Shown: positions 18,242 through 27,815, counted from the stretch's first letter. The stretch is DNA of 29,409 bases from Bdellovibrionia bacterium (GCA_045805065.1 JBJMMA010000010.1:1-29409), one strand, 5' to 3'. Notes: generated by a model from the letters alone, not told the origin. Program-made: numbers and translations.

Positions 18242-18712
18242 TTAGAGTTTCATTTCCAATTGAGGGAATCGAGGCGCTCTAAAGCCTACCCGCTCATAGA
18301 CTCCAATTCCGGAATCAGTCGCGCCAAGATGGAGCTTATCGAGTCGAGATTCTTTAGCGAAGCTTACAATGAGTTTCATGAGTTCGCTTGCGATCCCGCG
18401 ACCTCTCCATTCTGGCAAAGTATAAACGTTACTCACGTATCCAACTCGCCCATCCCCTCCTGTGATTGAGGGTGGCTTGTGGTAAATGATCAGACCATTG
18501 GTCGAAACCAACTTTCCGTCCATCTCTGCAACAGCACTGACATAGCTCCCATTCCCCATCGCTTGAATGAAGTATTTTTCGAGCGCTGCTGGGAAGCTGG
18601 GATCGACCCTGTCCGCGCTCGACGCATTCACCTCTTTTTGCATCAAAATCCTTAGCTCCACGAGCTGAGGCAGATCACCTAGAGTAGCTATTCGGCAATT
18701 GGGCTTAGACAT
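18242..18712 (-). CDS. GNAT family N-acetyltransferase
   Basis: Motif A NVYTLPEWRGRGIASELM and motif B LGATDSGIGVYERVGF. Confidence 0.9.
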   Translation of the reverse strand: MSKPNCRIATLGDLPQLVELRILMQKEVNASSADRVDPSFPAALEKYFIQAMGNGSYVSAVAEMDGKLVSTNGLIIYHKPPSITGGDGRVGYVSNVYTLPEWRGRGIASELMKLIVSFAKESRLDKLHLGATDSGIGVYERVGFRAPRFPQLEMKL

Positions 18713-18924
18713 AGGCTAACTATTAACCGCAGAAACTTATCCAATCCCATCGCTTTTTATAAGTACTTGAACTTATAAGATATTTTATAGACCATAATTA
18801 CCTGACTATTTTTGTTGTCTATTAGCCTCAGATCGTTTATTCTCCGCCAGCCGCTCCCGCTTAGAGCGCGCCCAGTTGAAGCAGTTTCAAGCCGTTACCT
18901 GTTGAAGTTGAAGGAGTAAAGAAG

Positions 18925-20268
18925 ATGATTCGGTTCAATCCCAAGTTCTCAACGACCTTAGCCATGAGTTTAGTGGTTCTGGCCGCGACCTCCGGACGCG
19001 CCGAAGTTTTTGATCCTGTTTACGACAACGCAGTTCCTATTCTCATTGAATCCCCTGACACGAACGCTTACTGGTCTCGTACCGTACGTGGCGTGATCAC
19101 CGATCTTCAGGGCGTGGGCCTTCACGAAGCATCGCTCGTCATTAATGGAAAAGAATATCTCACCAATGAAGCAGGCGAATTCAACTTCGACATTGAAGGC
19201 GAGCGCACGAGCTCCATTCTGATTAAAAAGCCAGGCTTCAGAAAAATGATTCTCAAGCCTCGCGCCGGCGATTTGAACATCATGCTTGAGCCGCAAGCGA
19301 TCAATGGCGTTTACGTGCAGACTGGCGTCTTCAAGAACAAGAACAGCGCCACCTTGCAAAACATCATGTCGCTCATGAAGAACACCGAGCTCAATGCCAT
19401 GGTTGTTGACGTGAAAGACGATGATGGCCGTGTCTCAGTCGGCCTTAAGCCTTACGTCGACGAGATGCACGCCAAGGGCCTCTACATGATCGCCCGTATC
19501 GTGACCTTCAAGGACAATATCGCCCCTCGCAAGTACCCAGAGCTTGCGATCACTGACAAGAACACCGGCAAGCCTTGGCAGGATCATAAGAACATCACTT
19601 ATCTCGATCCATTCAATGAAAAGGCTCATCAGTACGTACTCAACATCGCCAAGCAGGCGGTGGAGTATGGATTTGACGAAGTGGAGTTTGACTACGTTCG
19701 CTTCCCGACCGATGGAAATCGCAACAACGCGAAATGGCCAACCGAGTTCACGCCGGACACTCGCACCAAAGCCATCTCGGGCTTCTTGAAAGAAGCGCGC
19801 AAGACTTTGGGCGCAATGGGCGCCTTCGTTGCCGCCGACGTCTTTGGCGACACCGCTTACGTGAAAACAGATAGCGGCATCGGCCAACGCATCGAAGACA
19901 TCACGCCTTACCTCGACTACGTCTGCCCAATGGTTTACCCATCAGGCTTTGGCAAAGGTACCGCTGGAGTTAACATTCCTGTGGATCACCCTAAGGAGAT
20001 CATCGAAGACAGCGTTCGCCGTTATCGTCTTCGCGCCGATCAAGACACGGTCATCCGTCCATGGCTGCAATCCTTCCGCGACTACGCCTACAATCATCGT
20101 GAGTATGGCGCGGCAGAAATCCGCGCTCAAATCGATGGCTCGGACAATAAAGGCGGCGTTGGCTACCTGCTCTGGAACGCAGCGAACCGCTACAGCGATG
20201 CAGGCTTGAAGAAGAAGTCTCAGCGCAATCAATCCCGCCGCACCGGAAGCAAGGTGGTGGTCCGATGA
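18925..20268 (+). CDS. Exported putative glycoside hydrolase (DUF4015 TIM barrel) with an N-terminal beta-sandwich
   Basis: NAMVVDVKDDDG, IARIVTFKD, GFDEVEFDYVRFP, ADVFG, IGQ, PMVYPS, RPWLQSF, LWNAANRY. AAGGAG RBS and signal peptide. Confidence 0.85.
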   Translation: MIRFNPKFSTTLAMSLVVLAATSGRAEVFDPVYDNAVPILIESPDTNAYWSRTVRGVITDLQGVGLHEASLVINGKEYLTNEAGEFNFDIEGERTSSILIKKPGFRKMILKPRAGDLNIMLEPQAINGVYVQTGVFKNKNSATLQNIMSLMKNTELNAMVVDVKDDDGRVSVGLKPYVDEMHAKGLYMIARIVTFKDNIAPRKYPELAITDKNTGKPWQDHKNITYLDPFNEKAHQYVLNIAKQAVEYGFDEVEFDYVRFPTDGNRNNAKWPTEFTPDTRTKAISGFLKEARKTLGAMGAFVAADVFGDTAYVKTDSGIGQRIEDITPYLDYVCPMVYPSGFGKGTAGVNIPVDHPKEIIEDSVRRYRLRADQDTVIRPWLQSFRDYAYNHREYGAAEIRAQIDGSDNKGGVGYLLWNAANRYSDAGLKKKSQRNQSRRTGSKVVVR

Positions 20269-21263
20269 AAGCGCTGATCGCAGGAGCCCTGGCCTTTGCC
20301 GGACTTGCGGGGGCGTTGGTCACGACCGATGCTTTCGCAGCCGGAGATCGCCTCCCGCCGAACGAAATGGGAACGATCATGTTCTTCATGTACCACCAGA
20401 TCAAGTCCCCTGAGCGGGATTACGTGAGAACGGCTGAAAACTTCAGACGCGATTTGGAGAATCTCTACAATCGCGGCTACCGCCTGGCCAACTTCACCGA
20501 CGTCGTGGACGGAAAGATCACGACGGAGGCCGGAAGAACGCCAGTGGTGCTCACCTTCGATGACGCCTCCTACGGTCAGATCAACAAGATCGTTCGTAAT
20601 GGACCAAAAGGATTGTATGAAGAATGGGATCCTGACTCGGCTGTCGGAATCATTCTGGAGTTTGCTCGCAAGCATCCTGACATGGGCACTGCTGCCATGT
20701 TCTATGTGAATCCATTCTACATGCACATGGATAAGAGCAAGTCGGATCGCTGGGGCGATTGGATGAAGGAAATGGTGGAACTCGGCTTTGAGTTCGGAAA
20801 CCACACCACCACTCATCCGAACTTGAAGAAGGACACCCCGACTCAGGCTCAGATCGAAAAAGAAGTTGCGACCTGCCAAGCATGGATTCATAAGTATTTG
20901 CCAAACTACAAGGTGCGCTCGATGGCGCTTCCGTTTGGCATCTATCCCACCCAGACCGAATGGGTTGTGGATGGCTCCTATAAGGGCGAAACCTACCATC
21001 ATGACACTCTCATGAAGGTCGGCGCGGATCCTTCCGTTTCGCCTTATTCAAAGCGCTGGAATCCCCTTCACATCGCACGCGTGCGTGCACAGGATGTGAC
21101 TGGGACGCTTCCGGTCAGCGGATACTGGATCGAGTTTCTCGATAAGCATCCGGAGATGCGCTTTGTCAGCGATGGCGATCCTGACACGATCACTCTTCCA
21201 GCGAATGCTCGCGGACAACTTAGGTCCGACTTGCCCTCGCATTATAAAGTGATCGCTCGTTAG
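20265..21263 (+). CDS. Exported polysaccharide deacetylase (CE4/NodB domain)
   Basis: MYH, VLTFDD, GNHTTTH, LPFG motifs and a signal peptide ending AFA. ATGA overlap with the upstream hydrolase. Confidence 0.88.
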   Translation: MKALIAGALAFAGLAGALVTTDAFAAGDRLPPNEMGTIMFFMYHQIKSPERDYVRTAENFRRDLENLYNRGYRLANFTDVVDGKITTEAGRTPVVLTFDDASYGQINKIVRNGPKGLYEEWDPDSAVGIILEFARKHPDMGTAAMFYVNPFYMHMDKSKSDRWGDWMKEMVELGFEFGNHTTTHPNLKKDTPTQAQIEKEVATCQAWIHKYLPNYKVRSMALPFGIYPTQTEWVVDGSYKGETYHHDTLMKVGADPSVSPYSKRWNPLHIARVRAQDVTGTLPVSGYWIEFLDKHPEMRFVSDGDPDTITLPANARGQLRSDLPSHYKVIAR

Positions 21264-21271
21264 TCATTCTG

Positions 21272-21301
21272 ATCTCGGGCCGGCTCCGCCCGCCCTGGTC
21301 A
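21272..21301. repeat. Short REP-like hairpin, family B, copy 3
   Basis: ATCTC-GGGCCGGC-TCC-GCCCGCCC-TGGTCA between convergent genes. Confidence 0.8.
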
Positions 21302-21333
21302 CGACAATATCGAGCCGGCTGCGTCTGCCGGAG

Positions 21334-22410
21334 TTATTGTTGAGCGAGAATCTGTTCTCGCGTGACACGATAATCGCCGTCCAACCATCCGAGCACCTCG
21401 CGCGCCGCGAGGTGCTCGGCGTATTTTTGATAGTCACTTCCGAGCTGGCGCTTCTGATCTTCGCTCAGCTCGTGAAGACCTCGGTCTTGAAAAAGGCTAA
21501 TGTCTCTTTCGACCAGATCTGAAAGGCCTTCGCCCAGCACTGATCTACATGCCTTGAGAAAGGCTGCTTCAGGCTGATAATGGTCGCCTTGCCGATAACT
21601 TTCAGTCAAAGTACTCATCGGAATCTGAGACAAAGTCGCCTGAAGCATCGGATTGATCAAATGCCCGGAAAGATGCTCACGCATTTGAGAAGGCCTGTTT
21701 TGAAAAGCTCTCAGATGAAGAAAGCGCGACATGTTTTCAGTGTCATTCACCGGATAGTTGTCCCAAAGAAGTACAGGCCGCTTCAGGACTTTTGCGGTTT
21801 CATTTAAATGCTCGGCGCTGTAGCTCTTTGAGCAGATCTTCTCACCCGTCCAAAAGATCTCAATCGATGGATCAAGCCCCTCACCGAGCTCGGCAAGATA
21901 ACTTGCAGGCCTTTCTCCAAAAAGCTTATCCAGAAGTGGATCCAGCGAGTAATAAGTCGGGCACATGCTGAGCCCCAGTGAAGGACTGAATTCCTTCACG
22001 GCATGAACAAGCTCAATCTGCCTTTTGGCCAGATCCGGCAAATCTCCTCGCATATCATCAAAGAGAATCGCCACATGATCAACCCCAAGGGATTCCATCT
22101 CGCGCAACTTTCGCCGGATCGCTTGAAGCGCTTGCTCAGGAGTGTCTTGCTGAAAATGGTGAAGACTCAGCCCCATTCCCACTTCAATGGACTGGGAGTG
22201 AAAGTCTTCAACCATGAGCTTAAGACTTTGGAAGAACTCCTTGGGCCAAGCCTCTCTCCAAAGGCGTCTGAGATAAAAATCACCTTTAGGTGCGTAGAGA
22301 TAAAAGGAGTAATCCTGCGTGCGCATGAAGCGCGCAGCCGCCCGCCTCTCCTCCCAGGACCAGGGTCTTCCGTAAAAGCCCTCTACGATTCCGAGTCGAA
22401 ATGCCTTCAT
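21334..22410 (-). CDS. GH84 beta-N-acetylglucosaminidase (O-GlcNAcase/hyaluronidase family), cytoplasmic single domain
   Basis: GIVEGFYGRPWS, YAPKGD, catalytic FDD, CPTYY, FWTG, LWDNYPVND, NPM. True start ATG 22410 overlaps the ampG stop. No signal peptide. Confidence 0.9.
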   Translation of the reverse strand: MKAFRLGIVEGFYGRPWSWEERRAAARFMRTQDYSFYLYAPKGDFYLRRLWREAWPKEFFQSLKLMVEDFHSQSIEVGMGLSLHHFQQDTPEQALQAIRRKLREMESLGVDHVAILFDDMRGDLPDLAKRQIELVHAVKEFSPSLGLSMCPTYYSLDPLLDKLFGERPASYLAELGEGLDPSIEIFWTGEKICSKSYSAEHLNETAKVLKRPVLLWDNYPVNDTENMSRFLHLRAFQNRPSQMREHLSGHLINPMLQATLSQIPMSTLTESYRQGDHYQPEAAFLKACRSVLGEGLSDLVERDISLFQDRGLHELSEDQKRQLGSDYQKYAEHLAAREVLGWLDGDYRVTREQILAQQ

Positions 22411-23714
22411 ATTGCTTCCACTTCCGAGACAGGGGCCGTTTCCAGCAACTTTTCCTGATCCGTATCGATTCCTTCGAGCGGAATCCACCAGAGCAAGAGA
22501 GTCCCTGGCACAGTGACAGCGCAAACGGTGACAAAGGACCAGAAGTATCCAAAGTGTGGCTGTACGTAGCCGCTTGTCATTCCAGCGATCATCGCCCCCA
22601 GCGCCATAAGGGCCGTTACGATCGCATAGTGAGAAGCCTGAAACCGGGACTTCTGGCAAACATACATTGTGTAAACCATGTAAGAGGCCATCCCAAAGCC
22701 ATAGGCAAACTGGTCAATTCCCACAATGAAGTACATGACGGAAGGGCCTGGCAGGCGATGCGCAGCCCAGACGTACATCAGATTAGGAATGTGCATGAAG
22801 AGCGCCATGGGCAGCAGGCATCGACGAAGACTGATGCGTGAAACCGCGATTCCGCCCAAAAGCCCACCACTCATCAAAGCAATCACTCCGCAGCTTCCAA
22901 GGACTGTTCCTGCCTGAACGGAGTCCAGTCCCAGCCCACCTGCAGCTTTTGAATCCAGGAAAAAGAGTCCTGACATCTTGGAGAGCATGGACTCACCAAA
23001 GCGATAGAACAGAACAAACAAGATGATGGGAATCGCGTCTTTTTGAGTAAAAAAAGTGGCGAATGCCTCTCCAAAGGAGCCAAGCTTGGCTTGCGAGCTC
23101 TTGAGAGCCGGGCGATCCAGAGTGGACTTAGGCATGATCCGAGACGCGTAGATCGCAAGTGCCGCATAAAGAGCCGCAGCCACAAAGATCGCGCGCGACC
23201 AGCTTGCGGAGACCGATACGCCCTGGCGCTCCCAAAGCCCTGCGAGAATCACCATAGCTCCCGTGCAAAAGATCATGGCCAGACGAAAGAACATGGAAGT
23301 AATGCCCAGGAAAAAGGCCTGCGCATCCTTGGGAAGCGCAACAATGTAATAGCCATCCAAAGCAATGTCATGAGTCGCAGAGAGAAATGCGATGACTAAA
23401 AGAATCGCAAGACTTGCTGCCCAGATGAAGCTTGTTGCACCCGAGGCGACGATCATTCCCAAAGCAAACAGACAAACCGTGATCCCAAGCTGCATCCAAA
23501 GCGTCCAGCTGCGCTTGGTGCCGTTGATATCGACTGCCGGACCCCAGAACATCTTAATCACCCAGGGCCAGCCAAGTAAGCTCGTCCAATACAGGATCTG
23601 ATCGTTAGGAAATCCAAGTTTCTTGAAGAGCAGAACAGAAAACTGCTGCACCAGAATCACTGGAAGACCTTGCTGGAAGTATAAAGATGGGACAAATAAC
23701 CAAGGGGATCTCAT
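22407..23714 (-). CDS. ampG: AmpG-like MFS muropeptide permease
   Basis: About 12 TM segments; LYFQQGLP, PWVIKMFWGPAVD, SATHDIALDGYY, YRFGE, ASHYAIVTALMALG. Confidence 0.82.
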   Translation of the reverse strand: MRSPWLFVPSLYFQQGLPVILVQQFSVLLFKKLGFPNDQILYWTSLLGWPWVIKMFWGPAVDINGTKRSWTLWMQLGITVCLFALGMIVASGATSFIWAASLAILLVIAFLSATHDIALDGYYIVALPKDAQAFFLGITSMFFRLAMIFCTGAMVILAGLWERQGVSVSASWSRAIFVAAALYAALAIYASRIMPKSTLDRPALKSSQAKLGSFGEAFATFFTQKDAIPIILFVLFYRFGESMLSKMSGLFFLDSKAAGGLGLDSVQAGTVLGSCGVIALMSGGLLGGIAVSRISLRRCLLPMALFMHIPNLMYVWAAHRLPGPSVMYFIVGIDQFAYGFGMASYMVYTMYVCQKSRFQASHYAIVTALMALGAMIAGMTSGYVQPHFGYFWSFVTVCAVTVPGTLLLWWIPLEGIDTDQEKLLETAPVSEVEAI

Positions 23715-24916
23715 AAAGCGCCCTGGCGCTTTTCTTCAGGAGAGATCGCCATAAAGAGTGTTCCCAGGCTGTGCATCTTATTGGACGCAAGCTCAGCGTA
23801 ATCATCATCGCCCAGATAATAATCAACACGGCCCGGTCCGACGATGGCTCCTCCCGTATCCTGGGTCACGGCAAAAGTGGAGAAGTCTTTCCACTTGCTG
23901 AAATCCTCTCCACTGAACTCAGGGCGCTGCGTTTGAAAAAACGTCACGACACCTTGAGGAAAGACCGTGGTGTCTATCGCCAGGGAGTGTCTTGGTGAAA
24001 GTTGAACCGAATCGCAGCCGAACGGGCCATTGTCAGCAAACCGAAAATAAACGTAGCTTGGGTTCTTGGCCAAGGCAGGCATCATCTTTTCAGGATGGGC
24101 CGCGAAATATCTTCTGATGCCTTGCAAAGAGAGCGACTCCTCTGGAACTCCGTCTTCTCTGAGAATTTGCGTCAGCCCAACCCAGGGATGGCCATTGGAC
24201 GCGGAGTAATTAATGAACTTTCGCTCCACCGATCCATCCGGATGGTGAAGCATGAAGATGCCAGAGCCTTCTGTCTGAAGCTTGGAGATGGAAAAGAAAT
24301 CGGTCGAGTACGCAAGCTCCAGTCCCTTGCCCTTGAGGGCTCCATCGATATCGACTTCCTTGCGCGTGAAGTGCTTGCTGAAAGATCCATCAGGATTCTT
24401 TCGGCGCCAGACGGTTTTTCCGTTCTCAACCGTTTGAACGAGATCTGCTGGTTTCTTGTAAAGAGGCGCTGCGAAATCTGACGTGGCCGTCAGGGAGCCA
24501 TGAAGCGTTGGGGAGTTATATCCCGTAAAAAGGACCTCCCCTTTTCCGTCACGACCATTCGTCTGATACCACTCAAACTGGTCACGGGCGCGATGCATGA
24601 GATCCGAGAAGTCTTGCGATGTTTGTGCGAGCTCCAGGAATTTCTGATTCGTTTCCACGCACCACTTCTTGCGGGTGACCACGCGGTCTCCAAAGCGGAA
24701 CTTGGCGTTCAGATCCTGCTCCTTGCATCGAGCGATCTGTCGCTGGAGTGCCGTCTTGAAAGATTCCAGATCCCCTTCCAATGCAACCTCGGGAAGAGAG
24801 CTTGCCGCCACTTTATGAAACGGCGAGGCCGGCTCTGCGGCCATGGCCGAGCTCATCAGATCATTTGCTGGAATGAGGACAGCCAGGAGCGCGAATGGAA
24901 TGAGTCCAAGGTTCAT
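23711..24916 (-). CDS. mltA: MltA-family lytic murein transglycosylase
   Basis: VLFTGY, PLYKKPADL, LQTEGSG, NPSYVYF, SLAID, QDTGGAIVGPGRVDYY. Start set at ATG 24916; SPI-type signal with no lipobox Cys. Confidence 0.9.
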   Translation of the reverse strand: MNLGLIPFALLAVLIPANDLMSSAMAAEPASPFHKVAASSLPEVALEGDLESFKTALQRQIARCKEQDLNAKFRFGDRVVTRKKWCVETNQKFLELAQTSQDFSDLMHRARDQFEWYQTNGRDGKGEVLFTGYNSPTLHGSLTATSDFAAPLYKKPADLVQTVENGKTVWRRKNPDGSFSKHFTRKEVDIDGALKGKGLELAYSTDFFSISKLQTEGSGIFMLHHPDGSVERKFINYSASNGHPWVGLTQILREDGVPEESLSLQGIRRYFAAHPEKMMPALAKNPSYVYFRFADNGPFGCDSVQLSPRHSLAIDTTVFPQGVVTFFQTQRPEFSGEDFSKWKDFSTFAVTQDTGGAIVGPGRVDYYLGDDDYAELASNKMHSLGTLFMAISPEEKRQGAL

Positions 24917-24947
24917 TCTCAAGTTGTAGCGGGCGACCGATGGGTTG

Positions 24948-25703
24948 TCAAACCGCGGCACGGCGAAAGAAGCCCAGCACCAGGACCAGTGTTGCGCCCA
25001 GCACCAAGCTCGATAAGGCATGAATCTCAGGAGACATCCCAAATTTGATCATCGAATAGATGCGCACCGGCAAGGTATCTGACCCGACGCCTGCCGTGAA
25101 AAAAGTGACCAGAAAGTCATCAAAGGAAAGCGTGAATGCGATCAACGCGCCCGATAAAACGGCGGGAGAAATCAGCGGCAGGGTCACTTTCGAGAAAGTC
25201 TGCCAAGGCGTTGCGCCAAGATCGCGAGCGGCTTCTTCAACGGATGGATCAAAGTCTTCCAGGCGTGCTCGCACGGTAATCAGAACATAAGAAAGACTGA
25301 AAGTAATGTGTCCCAGAATGATGCAAAACTGCCCCAGTGGAATTCCCAGTCGAACAAACCAGATCAGCAGCGAAAGACCCATCACGATCTCAGGCATGAC
25401 CAAGGGGACATAGAACAACATCCCGAAAGTCTCTCTTCCAATAAAACGTGAGCGCTGGAGCGCGATCGCTCCGAGGGTTCCAAGAACAGTTGCGACGACC
25501 GTACTGCAAAAGCCCACCCAAAGACTGACCCTGAGCGCCGCCAGCGTCTGGTCATTGGACAAAGCCATCTGATACCAATGGAGCGTGAAAAAGGACGCTC
25601 CATCCGATGCGTGATCAATAAATGAGTAAGCCAGCATGATCAGCAGCGGAAAATAAAGGGCGACAAAAGCTGCGAAAGTGATGCCGTAAAGCGTCTTTCT
25701 CAT
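24948..25703 (-). CDS. potC: Spermidine/putrescine ABC transporter permease
   Basis: LYFPL, FTLHWY, PEIVMGLSLL, EEAARDLGA, SFDDF, TLPVRIYS. Confidence 0.9.
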   Translation of the reverse strand: MRKTLYGITFAAFVALYFPLLIMLAYSFIDHASDGASFFTLHWYQMALSNDQTLAALRVSLWVGFCSTVVATVLGTLGAIALQRSRFIGRETFGMLFYVPLVMPEIVMGLSLLIWFVRLGIPLGQFCIILGHITFSLSYVLITVRARLEDFDPSVEEAARDLGATPWQTFSKVTLPLISPAVLSGALIAFTLSFDDFLVTFFTAGVGSDTLPVRIYSMIKFGMSPEIHALSSLVLGATLVLVLGFFRRAAV

Positions 25704-26581
25704 GCCTGCGTCTCCTGCCCGAGCGCTTTTCGGGCACTCACCGACTTGAGTATCAAGACGCTTAAAACGGCTGCACAGATCAAAAGCATCGAAAGCGCGG
25801 AGCCAAAAGGCCAGTCGCGAGTTTTCAGAAACTGCTCCGTCATGAGGTTTCCAACCAGCATGGTTCTGGCTCCGCCTAATAGGTCCGGAATCACGAATTC
25901 ACCGAGAGCCGGCGCAAAAACAAAGACAAGGCCGGTGATAATTCCGGACTTGGTGAGCGGAATCAAAATCTGAGTCAGCTGCTGCCAGCGACTGGCTCCC
26001 AGGTCTTTAGCGGCTTCAATCAAGCTGAAATCAAACTTCTCAAGAACGACATAAAGAGGAAGAACCATGAATGGCAGGTAGTTTGTGACCATTCCAAGCC
26101 AGATGGCAAAATAGGTCCCACTGAATGCGAAGGGCTCTTTCATCCAGCCCAGATGCATCATCCACTGATTGACGGGACCGGTTTCTGAGAACGCTGCTTT
26201 GATCGCGTAGGTCCTGACCACAAAGTTAGTCCAGAACGGGATCACAACCAAGATGAGAAGAATCGTTCTCCAGCGTCGCGATGCCGTGGCCATGACGTAA
26301 GCCATCGGATAACCGATGAGAAGACACGAGACCGAAGTTGCAATGGCGAGCTTGATGCTTTGCCAGAAAACCCGAAAATAAATCCAATCCAGAACTCGAT
26401 GATAGTTCTCTGCTGAAAAAGAAAGCTCCACTCCCCCGTAGGTACCGCGTTGAGCAAAGCTGTAAAGAGCAACGATCAGAAGTGGAATCAGGAAAAAAAG
26501 AATGAGCCATGCGATCGGAGGAAAACCCAGAAACCCCGACACTCGCTGCACCGGAGCAGCCCCGGGCTTGGCCGCGCTCAT
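25700..26581 (-). CDS. potB: Spermidine/putrescine ABC transporter permease
   Basis: IGYPMAY, IPFWTNFVVRTYA, YLPFMVLPLY, EAAKDLGA, RDWPFGSA. Confidence 0.9.
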   Translation of the reverse strand: MSAAKPGAAPVQRVSGFLGFPPIAWLILFFLIPLLIVALYSFAQRGTYGGVELSFSAENYHRVLDWIYFRVFWQSIKLAIATSVSCLLIGYPMAYVMATASRRWRTILLILVVIPFWTNFVVRTYAIKAAFSETGPVNQWMMHLGWMKEPFAFSGTYFAIWLGMVTNYLPFMVLPLYVVLEKFDFSLIEAAKDLGASRWQQLTQILIPLTKSGIITGLVFVFAPALGEFVIPDLLGGARTMLVGNLMTEQFLKTRDWPFGSALSMLLICAAVLSVLILKSVSARKALGQETQA

Positions 26582-27690
26582 GACCGGCTTGCCTTCATCA
26601 GAAGCAGGTCTTCGCTATCAAAGCTCAGTGTCACAGGATCCGAGACCTCAATTGCCTGATGAAACTGATGGAGCGCGGACGTAGGGCTTGCCACGGCGAT
26701 GCTCATTCCGGGGAAGAGAGCACATTCGACTAAAAACTGGGTCATCGGTCCTTGATAAAGAATTTCTTTCAACACACCTGGAATCGCGTTCGGAGTCGGA
26801 GTGGTTTGAGTGGGGCCGATTTTCATATTCTCTGGACGAATCAAAACGCTGACATTTTGATTAAGATCCAGCGCGGGCAATGGCCGAGAGCCCTTGCGGG
26901 TCTTGGTGATTTCAAACTCACCTGCGACGGTACGGACTCTGGCTCGCTCACCTTCCAAGGATACGAGCGTACCGGAGAACTCATTAATGGACCCGATAAA
27001 GCGCGCCACAAACGGTGTCTTGGGATGATTGTAAATCTCTTCGGGAGTTCCGATCTGTTCGATCACGCCATCGTTCATCACCGCGATGCGATCCGATAGC
27101 GTCAGCGCTTCTTCCTGGTCATGGGTGACAAAGATAAAAGTATGGCCCAGTCTTCTTTGAAGAGCCTTGAGCTCAACCTGCATTTGCTGCCTGAGCTTGA
27201 GATCCAATGCGGACAAGGGTTCATCCAGCAGCAGGACTTTCGGGCGATTGACCAGCGCGCGCGCCAGGGCGACTCGCTGCTGCTGACCGCCGGAGAGCGT
27301 CGTGACCAGCCGATCCTCCATGCCGATGAGCTTGACGAGCGCAAGCATTTCATCAACACGCCCTTTGATCTCTGTCTTTGCGACTTTTTTCACTTTGAGG
27401 CCGAAGGCCACGTTTTCCCAAACACTTAAGTGGGGGAAGAGAGCATAGCGCTGAAACACCATGTTAAAGTGGCGCTGATTGGGCGGAAGCTGATCAATGC
27501 GCTGTCCACCTTGGCGAATCTCGCCTGCCGTTGGAGACTCAAAGCCCCCCAGCATGCGAAGCAGGGTCGTTTTGCCGCAACCGCTCGGTCCTAAAAGAGA
27601 GAAAAACTCGCCTTCAGGAATCGTCAGATCGACGCGATTCACCGCTTTGAAAGATCCGAACGATTTTTCGAGCCCTACGATCTCGAGCAT
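26578..27690 (-). CDS. potA: Spermidine/putrescine ABC transporter ATP-binding subunit
   Basis: GPSGCGKTT, LSGGQQQRVALARA, LLLDEPLSALD, VTHDQEEAL, C-terminal TOBE-like region. Confidence 0.92.
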   Translation of the reverse strand: MLEIVGLEKSFGSFKAVNRVDLTIPEGEFFSLLGPSGCGKTTLLRMLGGFESPTAGEIRQGGQRIDQLPPNQRHFNMVFQRYALFPHLSVWENVAFGLKVKKVAKTEIKGRVDEMLALVKLIGMEDRLVTTLSGGQQQRVALARALVNRPKVLLLDEPLSALDLKLRQQMQVELKALQRRLGHTFIFVTHDQEEALTLSDRIAVMNDGVIEQIGTPEEIYNHPKTPFVARFIGSINEFSGTLVSLEGERARVRTVAGEFEITKTRKGSRPLPALDLNQNVSVLIRPENMKIGPTQTTPTPNAIPGVLKEILYQGPMTQFLVECALFPGMSIAVASPTSALHQFHQAIEVSDPVTLSFDSEDLLLMKASRS

Positions 27691-27746
27691 ACTCTTTAAA
27701 TCGCACAGGGCTGATCCCGGAGCAAGACGTACCGGGTTGTAGAAAC

Positions 27747-27815
27747 AAAAAAATCGAGAGCACCTCAGAAGGATGAAGCCCTGTGGGGATTCATCACTCT
27801 CAGATACTCTCGATT
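27747..27815 (-). terminator. Long-stem intrinsic terminator after the small secreted protein gene
   Basis: On the minus strand, AATCGAGAG...GATGAA...TTCATC...CTCTCGATT forms a hairpin with G-U pairs that runs into a U7 tract. Confidence 0.75.
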
